Of a stretch of 51,351 nucleotides of DNA, positions 26,966 through 38,300 are shown piece by piece. The position numbers and the translations under genes are program-made. Origin of the DNA: Perkinsus chesapeaki ATCC PRA-425 (lineage: Eukaryota > Protista > Perkinsozoa); assembly GCA_013115145.1 (NCBI GenBank), contig JAAPAO010000222.1, positions 1-51,351 on the forward strand, read 5' to 3'. Each line of letters opens with the position of its first letter. The stretch's first letter is position 1. The notes beneath the pieces were generated by a model. It ran no database searches. It was not told the DNA's origin and worked only from the letters and a program-made list of their open reading frames with translations.

Positions 26966-27660
26966 GCTCTCTACGCTTCGGCGTGATTTGTTTGCATAAT
27001 ATTAGTCTACCGCCGTACTTCCGATTTGTTTCCTATTTCACAACCTTCTGGTAGCTTGTATTAATGCTTAAACGGCTGCAGGTGTCGGCAACCTGTGGGA
27101 CGTATTTTTCCGCCGTTTTCTTCCATACCTCAGTGTTGTGGAATCCAATAGTACGCGTATCTTTCCTGAACACTTTTTGTTGTGTTACTTTTTAGTGTTG
27201 TCTGAGGAAATCAAAGAGAAAAAAACACCGAAATGGCGAACAGGACATCGGTCGATTTGGAAAAGTCCGAAATCGTTTGCGTTAACACATTTGAAGAGCT
27301 TTCCTTGGTGATACTGCCGCACAGGTGAATGCCCGATAGGTGCTTCGGTGTTCGTCAATGTACGAATAGGTGTGGTAGGGGACAGTTATTGTGTTGTGCA
27401 ACCTTTGCCAACTAGCGCTCGTGCTAGTGGACTTCGATCGGCTGTGTGTAAACCAGTAGTGTAGTGGCTGATAGACGGGAAGCTTTCTCATGTGTGCTCT
27501 TCATGTGGTTTTATTTCATAAGTTGGTACCACCGGGGCTTACGGAGAAGATCAAATCAATACAGCACCCTTTCCTGTTGATGAGTTAAGCAGTCTGCGGG
27601 ATGGCCTAACTTGTGATGATAGTTTCGGCCACTTGTTTATCGGTCCTTTTTTGAAATATA

Positions 27661-29546
27661 ATGTTTGTCGATAACTACTCCTTTCTAGTCGCCGCTTCTA
27701 TCGTTACTTTAGCGGCGTGCATGGTTGGAAGGATCCTATTCCTGGCCATAGTGGGGTCGAGCAAAAAAAGTAAGTATTTATCTGTAGCTCGGTCATTGCT
27801 ATAGGAGCTTGTTGTCAGGTTCGGCAGCAGCAGGTCCCAGGCCTATGACATGGATGGAGGAACATATGTTCCTATGTGATTGTTTCCCAAAGGAGGCTAA
27901 TCTTCCGCCTACTTGTAACGTTATTAACTGTGCAGTCCTCTTCAAGGATTCTATGCCCGACCGTGACAGCATAGAGAAGCTTGTCAAGGAAAAGGTACAT
28001 CGTTTGCTCACAGAGGAGTCCTCGCAATTGCTGTCGACATTCAGTTACTATCCTTCACTCGTTTCTCCTGTGTACCCGATGTTAAATCTCATAGTTGGAA
28101 ACCAGTTGATATCGATATTAATGATCATATATTTACCACTAAACCAATAGAGAATCGTAAGGCACTTGATGATAAGATTGAGGAGGTAACCTAAGCCTTG
28201 TACTGATCTATCTCCTCACACTTCTGTTTTTTAGATAATTAACGTTCCTTTGCCAACTGATAAGCCTCTTTGGCAACTTCACTTGTTGCCTGCCGCCGAT
28301 GGCGCCGAGCAGAAGGATTGCGTCCTGTTTAGATCTCATCACACTTTAGGTGATGGTATTAGTTTGGTAGGTTCATAGTGTCCGATACCGTGTTTCGTCA
28401 TTGCATTAATTGTCAGGTTCAATTGCTGGATAAGATAGCGGTGTCTCCTGATGGTAGCCCGATCGTTTATATTAACCCTAAGGAGAGGAAGCCAGTGAAG
28501 ATGTCCATCACGGCCAAGCTGGTCCATGGCATATCCTTCTGTTTAGAATTAGTAAGGCTCGAGGATGAATTTGTGAGGGTGCAGTTATGTACTTGTATAG
28601 GTTCGTTCGTTCATCGCCAACTTGCTACAGACGAAGTGCTGCTTTGAGTCCGAGTATGGATTTAATTCCTCTTTATCACATCGCAAAGGAGGTTTAGAAT
28701 ATAGTGGCGTTCGGAAGTCGATATGTTTTAAACCATTTTCATTGGAGTATGTTAAAGCAATTAAAAATAAATCACCAAAGAAGGTATTTTATAATTATTA
28801 TTAATATCATTATAATTTATTTTATTAGGCAACTGTTAATGATGTATTATTGGGTGCAATGGTTGGTGCTATGAGAAGGTATGGTGGAGATGCTGTTGAT
28901 GATAATACTATTATGAGAATGTTAATACCAGTTGGTGCACCTTTGGAGTTTGGTGCCAATCCTCCACCTGAGGGTGATAGGCTGGGCAATAACTTCTCAT
29001 TCTGCAGCGTCGATCTCAGCAAGGTGAGGCGGTTTGCGACTCAAGTCACTTTAACTTTCATTTTTTCAAGGCCATCCGATCGAAGGACTCGATTTCACGG
29101 ATGCTCGCGAGTGGCGCGCCGATGAACCGGCTGAAGAACTCCCTCGAGTATCTTAGCTCGATGATAATTACCAACAAGATATTGCCGTATATGCCTCGCT
29201 TCGTTCCTCAAGGCTCGAGCAGAGATCTGTTTTCGAGACATTCAATGGTTTTCTCCAACGTGCCTGGGATGCAGACTCCGTGCTGTTTTGCGGGGAAGCA
29301 AGTTGAATCTATCTATCCTATCTTCCTTAATATTATAACACAGGTGAGAGAGCTGATGCTCACGGTTGTTAGACTTACGCCTTTTTATCTCCTCAGGTGA
29401 TCGTATTATCTTATAACGGTAAATTGATGTTTAACCTAACTCTCGATCCCAATGTGGTGAAGGACTATGATAAGTTTGAGGGTTATTATCGAGATGAGCT
29501 ATTAGATATGGGCAGACGCCTTGGTGTTACCGATATCGAACTATAA
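27661..29546 (+). CDS. WS/DGAT family acyltransferase, copy 2
   Basis: N-terminal hydrophobic helix, FRSHHTLGDGISL, ATVNDVLLG and VFSNVPGMQ. Exon structure matches copy 1. Confidence 0.9.
28130..28202 (+). repeat. 73-bp tract, identical inverted copy at 51279-51351 (runs off the window)
   Basis: tatttaccactaaaccaatagag..gaggaggtaacctaagccttgta. Includes 17 nt of intron, after which the copies diverge abruptly. Confidence 0.9.
28640..28993 (+). repeat. 354-bp tract, near-identical inverted copy at 50491-50844
   Basis: Base-by-base comparison found 1 mismatch. The tract includes an identical 45-nt intron (28784-28828). Its 3' part is also shared with 26254-26425. Confidence 0.93.
29380..29546 (+). 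repeat. 167-bp tract, near-identical inverted copy at 49936-50102
   Basis: 1 mismatch (TTG/TTA). Starts 17 nt inside the intron. The last 108 bp are also identical to 26858-26965. Confidence 0.93.
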
Positions 29547-30077
29547 TTATTGACCATATCTGTTTGCCTATTAGTAGATGTTTGCCTGTTTATACCCTCG
29601 AAGATATTCACAAAGTTGAATTGTCCGCTTTCCGATGAAGCGATAGTCAAGTTGTCCACTTGATGTCGAATCGCTCATCTGCTTTCCCTGGTTTGACGTT
29701 TGGGCCGAGGTTCAGCCGCTGAACGGCTTCGCGAGCCATGGGCTGTTCATCCTGGGAAAGATTTTTGTGGGTTTGGCCTTTACATCAGTCAATGCTTTGA
29801 TTGTTTCGCCAAGGGCTATGACGCTACTATGGTGGTTGTATTCCAACGTTTTGTCTCTTAGAAAAGAAGTTTCTAATGGAAGTTGGCTTGATTTGTGTTC
29901 AGTCGTAAGGGGGTAGACGTACTTTACGTGATTTCTGTTACAGCTAATACCCACTACTGTTACAGATATGGCAGTTGCTTACTGCATGAGGTTGTATTGG
30001 ATACAATGTACGTGTACAATTGAATCTACTGAAGCACTGTATTGAGCCAGGAGTATAATAGTTTTTGCTTTCTGTAG

Positions 30078-30150
30078 TCCGATGTAGTCTAGCTGGTTAG
30101 GATTCGTGGCTCTCACCCACGCGACCGGGGTTCGAGTCCCCGCATCGGAA
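30078..30150 (+). tRNA. tRNA-Glu(CTC): tRNA-Glu (anticodon CTC)
   Basis: Acceptor stem TCCGATG/CATCGGA, D-arm GTCTAGCTGGTTAGGA, anticodon arm CGTGG-CTCTCAC-CCACG, T-arm CGGGG-TTCGAGT-CCCCG. No intron. Confidence 0.97.
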
Positions 30151-30611
30151 CATTTGTTTTCCATTAATGGTCCATCCAACAATGTGAGCGTTTCAAAAAG
30201 AGTATTTATTGTGACATCTTATCACACTCGAGTTTTCTGTGTTTGGCACCCATGTATGATCCTGTGCTATTGGTTGTTCAATTTCATCTTTCATACCTTC
30301 CTGCACAGTGTCTCCGTGTTGTGACTTTGCGTTCATGATGCGTACTGTACGACGATTTCAACGTCTTATCGTTAAATACTGCGTTGTGACTTTTTACGTG
30401 TTACGTATTATCATCAAATACTGCTGCTGGACCACATTCTCCACTATTAGATGGTTTGGTCAGTAGTATCATTTGTGATAGACTGATCCACTAGTTAGTG
30501 TATGCTCGAGTCGAGGAGCTGACTGACATCTACCTACTAGAGACTATGAAAGCCTTTCCTGTCGCTCTTATCCCTTGTTACTCAGTTCCCTCCAGTTTTT
30601 CCTAGGACTTG

Positions 30612-31354
30612 ATGGCTACTGACAGGAACATCGTCGCTCCTGCAAGGCACGGGAAGAAGAGCGCGTTGCTACGTCTAGCCGTGATGGCGGTTGGTTTGTA
30701 CGCCGTTGTTGGTCTGATGACTATGACTGCCGAATTGGCCTTCTCCATCGGAAAGAGCCCACTAAGCACCAACGCCAAGTTCATGGCATCACAACGTAAT
30801 GCTGTGCAGAAGATGCTTCCTTTAATCTACTTTTATCGTCCTCTATTGTCCATACCGTTTCAGGTCGCGCATCCCCTTCCCAAACAGTGTTCCGCAGCTG
30901 TCGTCCGAGTACCCTCGGTATTACCCCTGGTACCCAGCCAGTGCCAGCTATGTTCGGTCATCGCAGAGTGGGTGCGGGCTACAAAATCACTATGCAGACA
31001 CCTGATGGTGATAAGGTTTTTGACTGCGATGAGGATACGTAGGCTGTTCCACTAATCCGTTTGCCCAAGCCTCTGCCCTAGGTACATCCTCGATGCCGCT
31101 GAGGAAGCGGGTATCTACGATCTGCCATATAGCTGCCGAGCTGGAGCATGTGCCGCCTGCGCTGGACAGGTCTTAGAGGGCTCTGTGGACCAGGAGGATC
31201 AGGCATTCTTAGACAGTGATCAGATGGTAATAGCCATATCGCCTTGCCTCCGCTTATTCGTTGCTGTCAGGACAAGGGCTATTGCCTCACGTGTGTCGCC
31301 TATCCCCAAAGTGACGTCACCATCCGCTCTGGCTGCGAGAGCGAGGTTGCCTAA
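30612..31354 (+). CDS. petF: Plant-type [2Fe-2S] ferredoxin with a bipartite plastid-targeting leader
   Basis: Mature domain [62 protein letters not shown] (CX4CX2C..C). It follows a hydrophobic segment ending ..AELAF and an S/T/R-rich transit-like region. Four exons. Confidence 0.95.
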
Positions 31355-31480
31355 GTTACCACTAAATTATTCCTCTATCGTCTTTATTATCTATACAATA
31401 GATTCCTCGTGCCCTGTTCTCGGTGCTGTGTTGAGGGAACCGTCGGACATGCCGTATCTTTCCCTGTAGACCTGCTTCGG

Positions 31481-34310
31481 ATGTTGAGCCTGTTGTTCGG
31501 CCGCGGAAGGGAATCGGAGGACTCCAGCTCGAATCGGGGTGATGATGAGGAGAATGAAGGCGTCATGCGGCAGAGGACCATCGAGGCTCTTGGGGTGCTA
31601 AGGAACTTCATCCTCACTGCCAGAGACACTACCTACATGGTAGGGCTGTGGGGTAGGCGACACAGTAGTGTAGGGGCTGGTAGGAGGAGACGCCTTCGGC
31701 CACATTGGAGATCATATTTGCGTCAATAAACGATCTGTCTGGCACTATGAGGCATTTCCCAGTGGAGGCCCAGGCTATACGGGAGGCGTTGGCTACTACT
31801 AATAACGGTAGAGACCATCGCTGGGCTGGATATGGTGGACATGTTGGTGCAGAACATCTAGAGGTATGTATTAAATGGTGCACGGAGGCTTTGGAGGCGG
31901 TGGCTGTGGTAGAGGGAGAACAATGCGAGGTGGAGGACCTTGATAGGATAGCTGGCTTTGTAGTGTCGGCCTTGGCGACCTCCGTGTAAGGCACTGTAGC
32001 AACTGTAGGGTACTCTGCTGGCCATGCTGGTGTGTGGGAGGAAGGAAGAGCTGGCCACTGTTGAGATAGCTAGACGAGCTGCTATCGCTATCATCGGCGC
32101 AATGACCTCTGATGGGTTTGTTGAGAAGGAGGGGGAGGATGATATGAGGTAGTAGTCTGGGGTGGTTCTGGTAGGATAGATCATCGAGCAGCTATGTTAA
32201 AAGTTGTTACTGGTAGAAACGGGCGTATAAACAATATGAGATTAGAGCGCATAGGAGTAGCAAAATCTCTATATAGAATGTGGCGTTCGTAAATAAAGCC
32301 ACTCGAAAGCAGTTGCAGTGGAATTCTGTGTAGTGCGGTGGAGTGGCCATTGGAGACCCCGGATCTGACAGGGGAGTACGAGGAGGGTTTAGGCAGGATG
32401 CTACTGGCACTTTGTCGAAGCTTCCTCCTCATTACTGTGTATTGCCCAGCGGCACTGACTGCTCTTCATGCCCAGGCTACGTCGAGAGCCTATAGACGCT
32501 TTGCTAGCTGTTTTCTGACACTTCTAGCTAACAGCCATGACCATGTCACGAGGGAGAGGCAGGCAGTGTTTGAGATGGAGGGGCTGGCGGCCATGCTGAC
32601 CAGAGTGGCTATTACCCTACTGGCTCCCTATGGTGGAGGTCACTTGAGGCTGATGGGCTACCGGCCACAGCTGGGTGAGGGTCCTCCACGCAGGGACGGT
32701 GGACCACTGGCTCGGGCTCTGGATGATATGTTGGCCCATGATCCATCACTGGGGGAGGAACTGTGGACGGTGCTGTTGGCGGCGATGGAGAGCGAGGATG
32801 AGATTGCTGTCGAGAGCGAGGCGTCGCTATGGAAGGCCTCGGAGGTAGTAGGGTGATTCCAGGTGGTCGTCTACCTGTGGTGCGGCTCAGCCTTGCGTTT
32901 ACTCCTCGGAGGCTGTGGTGCTGCTCGAGCTGCTTCTATCGCACTCTAAAGGATTCCGCTCGATTCTGTTCCCAGAGACCAGGCACCCTCGAGGCCCTCC
33001 AGAGGGGTGAGTATCCAACCATGGCATTGACGTTTATTCGTTATTGTTGTTGGTGATGGTTCAGGTCTGTGGAGGACGGTGAGGATCTGGACAGCCCCTC
33101 GCCAGCTCGGCTATTCCTGCCGATTGTAGTCCTCATAAGCCGCATACTGAAGGCGCGTCAGGAGGCTGGTAGAGGGGAGGAGGAGGAGAAGGATGTAGAT
33201 GACATCCTACTGGAGGCATCACCGGCGAAAGGTTACACTACTGTTTTATCGGCCCTTAGCAGGCTGATGGTGACTCTTACTGAGGATAGGGGGACTGTGT
33301 TGGCCTTGAGGGGCTGCCCCTATGTCGCGGCTCATGTGAAGAGGTTGAATCGCCCCAGTGGAGTGTTAACCTTGCCGGCCCTGGAAGAGGGCAGTCTGTC
33401 TGACATACTGGTGGTGGTGTGTATAAAGCTTATGCCTCTGATGGCGGTGGACTGCACTGTGCTCTTGGCGGCCTCAGTCTGTAACACCTGTCCGTACCTC
33501 TACAACATATCCCCCTATACGGCAGAGAGGCTGGAGGAGGCGCTTCGGAGGAGTCTAAAGGGAGCTACTTCGGGGAAGGGGAGGAGGAAGGAGATTGCCG
33601 GCTTGATGGTTGAGGCTGTGGCGAATGTGTTGGTATGGAACTACAGGGGCAGTGAGGCATTGGTCTTGGCAATGCTCTCACATAGCGATACCTACAACTG
33701 GGAGCTAGATGGCTACGGGGAGAGGGGCTTGGGGGTTGTGAAGACTATTGTGGAGGTGGCAGAGGAGAGGGTGGAGGGGGAGGCTGCTGCTGCCGCCGGT
33801 CTCAGGGATGACACCAGCCACGATGACGTCTTGGAGCTCCTGCCACCGACTGTACTCGGCATCGTGCCTCCTCCCAGCCCGGTGGTCATCAGGTGCTGTG
33901 GTGGCGGCGACCAAGAGGAGTGTCGTGACTTTATATCGTATGCTTTATGTGAGGAAGATGAGGAGGCTAGGGAGATTGCCTATTGGTTGAATGGGGACCA
34001 GCCGCCTGCCAAGGGGACCAGCAGTAGTAGATGGTATCCGATAACCTATGCCACTGACGTGACGGCGTTGCTGGCTCATGTGGAGGAGCTGGGGGACCCG
34101 GCGGACCTCGAGAAGCTGAGGAGCGAGGTTAAGGCTTTGAGGGAGCGGCTGGCGAAGGAGGAGGAGAGGCTGATGGAAGTTAGAGTGGAGAAACAGAAGT
34201 CAGTGGCAGCGGAGGAATACGGGAGGGCAGGGGAATTAAAGGAGGAGGAGAGGACACTTCTCAAGAGCATTGACCATGTCAGAAGCCTTAGCCTCCCATC
34301 TGCTGCATGA
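31481..34310 (+). CDS. Dymeclin/HID1-family protein with a C-terminal coiled coil and UVR-like motif
   Basis: LMVTLTEDRGTVLAL..PY..GSLSDILVVVCIKL..SVCNTCPYLYNISPYTAERL..LMVEAVANVLVWNYRGSEALVLAML aligns motif by motif with the HID1/dymeclin core as recalled. The tail RVEKQKSVAAEEYGRAGELKEEE is UVR-like. The 5' exons are uncertain. Confidence 0.72.
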
Positions 34311-34386
34311 CTGTGTATTGCCTTTCTGAGAGGAACAGTTGTTTTGTGGAAGTTGCCTTATCATGAATGCCTTATTAGTGTTTAGA

Positions 34387-35145
34387 ATGGCAGACTCCTA
34401 TTATGACAGCGATCTGGTTTGTGAGTATTGCTCCATCAACTTCGATTTAGAACACCACGTACCCAAGGTAAGCCCTGCCTATCATCATCATCCTCCTGCT
34501 GCTGCCACCACCCTTCTCATCAGCTCCTGGGTGTATGTGGCCACAACCTCTGTGCTGAGTGTGTGGCATCCTTGGGCCAGGCCCGTGGCATCGGCCGCTT
34601 CATGTGCCCCTTCTGTCGCCAGCCGCACCGGCCCGGCGAGATATCGACGAATCCTGTGATTATTGGCGTGCTTCGCTCCGCTGCTTCCGGTGTTTTGGGC
34701 TCGTCCCCGTCCAATGGCCTCAACGGTAGCTCCTCCACGGATGGCGGGGCCACCTGTCTGACGGCGAGTGATGATGAGGATGCTCGAAGTGATACGTTTG
34801 ATGAGGATGCTAGCTGGAACTACAAGTGGTACGAGGAGAAAGGGAAGTGGTGGTTCTTCGACCCCAGCAAGGATAGGCGGTGGCATTACTTTGGGAAATG
34901 GACAGGGAGCGGCGGTGGCCCAGAGGGGGCGACGACGGACTGGAAGGACTGGGATGAATGGAAGCAATGGAAGGATGACTCAGGCCAGCAGCAGCAGCCG
35001 TGGGGAGGCAGCAGTAGCAGCTGGTAGCATATTAATTACATACCGTGCACGAAGGAAGAATTCAAACCATCGTCGACCTCGCCTCATGACCGATAGCCTC
35101 ATCCTGGACATCATCATCTCTGCTGATGCCTGCTATTGTCCTTGA
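34387..35145 (+). CDS. C3HC4 RING-finger protein with a Trp-rich C-terminal region
   Basis: Spliced MADSYYDSDLVCEYCSINFDLEHHVPKLLGVCGHNLCAECVASLGQARGIGRFMCPFCRQ. The 3' end is uncertain (35027-35145). Confidence 0.8.
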
Positions 35146-35369
35146 TCTTCTCGTTTGAAGTTATTAACTTAGTTCTTCTTCTCTTTGTACCATAAACCTC
35201 CATAATGTACAGAGCCCTTCTGTTGGCCACTACGTATAATGCTGCTATTTGCCAACAATAGGAGTTGAGTCGTCATCACCACAGTGGGGGTGGATGAACT
35301 GCTGCTGCCCTTAGTTAATTCATTGATCGATTTAGGGCATGTCGACAACAGGCGGCCAGGTCACTACCC

Positions 35370-38300
35370 ATGGGCATCTACGCGAGGCCTACTTGTCAAG
35401 TTCAGGTCCGAAAGCAGCTCCGTAGCACCATACGGGGCACGTCAACGGTCGAGGGGACAGGGAAGCAGCAGCGGGCGAAGGGAGGGGAGTGCGGCAGCCG
35501 AAGGGTGGGCAACCGAGATGATGACTTGGTGCGGATCAGCAGGGACGTTCAGGCCTCCACGGCAGCACCTGGGGGTGTCAGAAGCCCCCGGACACTAGTG
35601 GCTGTGGCGAAGTCTTTGGCAAGTGCATCTGCAGGGAAGGTGGGAGGGGTGATGGGCTGGCAATGCTTGACACGGTACCCGCACAGGTTCCATCCCCGGC
35701 GGAGCTATTTAAGCTTTCTGGGAAGCAAGAAGCAAGTGCTAGGCAGTCAGCTGCCCAGGCCCAGCTCAGGAGCGGGCCGGCAAGAGCTTCGAGAAGGCGA
35801 TCAACAGTCTCGGGAGTTACGGGGGAGAAGGCGGCAGCTGGTTTGGTAGTAGAGGTGCCGAAGCGCAGTGTCGCGCAGCGTCAACGGAGGGAGAGAGAAC
35901 TGGAGCGTAGGGGTTGGTGTCGATGGTGTTCCAGGCAGCTACCGTCTTCTTCAGAGGCAGCGCAAGCTCGGCAGTTTAAGCAGGCAGTCTTGGCCGAAAG
36001 GAACCTGGCACCACCTCCTCCATCAAGGACACACCCATCACATAGGCCACCGGGTGACGGACAACAACAACAGCAGCAGACGGCCCGCCAACACAGACCT
36101 TCGTTGCTGGCTACATCGAGGACGACATTAACTCAGGTGTATGGCGGAAAGGGTAGAGGGCAGAGCAGCGGGCGCCGGTCTAGGCCAAGGTCCAGCCAAC
36201 CAAGGCAAGGGTGCAGCAGGAGCCTTCCCCCACTTAAGGGGAGATCGACGCCGCCTAACTCGGCCAATAGGAGGCCAGACGGCAGATGCACTCCTTACAG
36301 CGAGGGATGTGCCTCGCCACGGAATGACATGGAGGGGATACCACCGCCGCCGGCGGTAGCGGCTGGCAAGAGATGGCAGCAGCAGCAGCCTTTGAGGAGC
36401 TGGTCACCGGAGAGGGCACGGGTGGTGAGGGCGAAGGGGAGGCCGCCATTGAGGAAGAGACTTCGCCGGGCTACTTTGGCCAAGGCAGCAGCTTGCCTCC
36501 GCCGGACGTTAGCATCTACGAGAAGCCAGACGGTACTACAAGAGGAGGAGAGGAGGGACCTTACACAGGAGGCAGGAAGCCAGACGGGAAGAACTGGTAG
36601 GGTTATCGGCAGTGGTGCTTCGGGGTAGTGCTTCCGAGTAGGTTCGAGCCCCTCTACTAGTGCAGCTAATAGCAGCGAGCCGGCCTTGGCTTGTGAGGAG
36701 CTATCGCCCTTGGTTACATCGATATCACTGTCAACATCGAGGATGAAGGGGGAGAAGACCAGAACTGAGAGGAGGACGGTCGCGACTAATACCTCCCCGC
36801 CACGTAGGAGGCCCCCGAGGGCATCGAGTATCGGTCAGGAGGAGCAGCATCAGCCCCAGCCCCCTGCCTATAGCGAGGTGGTCAGCAACAGCCTGAGGGA
36901 CGCTGCAAGAGCCCATGGCCTTACCATCACCAACCTTGGCGGTCTGAGGGACAGCTCCATACAGCAGAACTCCACCACGTCCCCTTTGCACTGGAGCAGG
37001 GCCTCTGAAGAGTTCCTTGGCACCTTCTGCAGTGCCCATGGCCTCACACTGGTCAACATGGCCCACAGCTTCCCCTCTCCCTCATCGCCCGATACGTCTC
37101 TGCCGCCTGCCAATGCGCACCCTTCCACTTTTGCCGCTCCTTCTGGATGGCAGAACAGTCAGGAGAGACCTCTACGATATCCGCGCCCAGAGCCAGCGGC
37201 GGACACGGCCAACCCACAGGATCTAGTGCTGGTCGACCGGACAGCAGCATCGATGACAACGCCTGGCCAAGGAGAGGAGATGTCGGACTACCTGGAAGGC
37301 TGTTTCAGAGGAGCGTCCATGGCGGCCCAGCGATCGCCCCCGCCGCTGTCTCAGCCAGCATCGAAGCCAGTGTCGAGGTCACGGGCTCTTCCCCAACGGT
37401 ATGCGTTCGACGGACCTGGTAGATCCAGAGTGGAATCGTCCACCGCCTCGCTTCCTCCTCCTTCTGACGGCGGTGGTGGTGTTATGAGCTTCGATGATGG
37501 TATGGTTAATGAGGTTAATGATGGCATGCGAATTATTGATATAGTTGTGGCTCAGATGAGAAGTGCGACAACGCTCATGCCTGCTATTCAACTGCTGCTG
37601 TTTCAGGTACCACCATGGAGCAGGACTCCCCGGCCGGGATACGGACGGTCTCAGTGCCGGTCCAGGCCAACTTAGACCAGTCATCGGTGCCAGAGGCCCA
37701 GCATAACCATTACCACCATCATCCACATCAGCACAGCACAGCTCTGTCTGGTGCGGGTGGTGATAGTGGCGGCCTCATGCTAGTGGACTTCAACACCCAG
37801 CGTCGGCCTCCTATACGAATGACCGGCAATGCAACAGCAGCAGCATCAGCAGCACTTCAGCACCGTCAAGTGGGTCATTACCACGCCGCTGCGTGTGGGG
37901 TATTTTGTGGCGCGTGACTCAGGGAGCATCATCATCATCGACAGCGAGCGAGACCTCTGATATCCTTCCGGAGTCCCTATACGACAGCATCGGTGTCATC
38001 AGTCACCTCAGTGATGCAAACGATGCGACGGAGAAGCAACAGGGGGAAGTGTCCAGGATGGGGAGGAGGGGCCACGCCAACTTCGATTGTGACCTACTCC
38101 TGGAGGTCAGTTGAGGAAGGAGTGGTATCGGTGACCGTGCCCTCAGGACATCTGCACCAAGGCCGAGCCGGTCTACAGCACCAGTGGAAGTAGCAGCAGC
38201 TTAGCCGGGACGGCAACACCTTCTATTCCCTCGAGCGGTGCAGCGTCCCCAGCAGGTGGGTTGAGCCGGTAATTATCTTGGTACCTTGGCGTATGGCTCA

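Noticed and set aside
27230-27600. Small ATG-initiated ORF between WS/DGAT copies 1 and 2
   Set aside because: Short, with no motif and no convincing exon chain.
29634-29679. SECIS element (ATGA..AA pattern in a hairpin)
   Set aside because: The 3' strand pairs Watson-Crick (TCAT) rather than giving the GA tandem of the kink-turn core, and the upstream gene has no in-frame TGA.
30318-30424. Degenerate two-unit direct repeat (gttgtgacttt...aaatactgc) upstream of ferredoxin
   Set aside because: Only two short, poorly matching units, consistent with local slippage.
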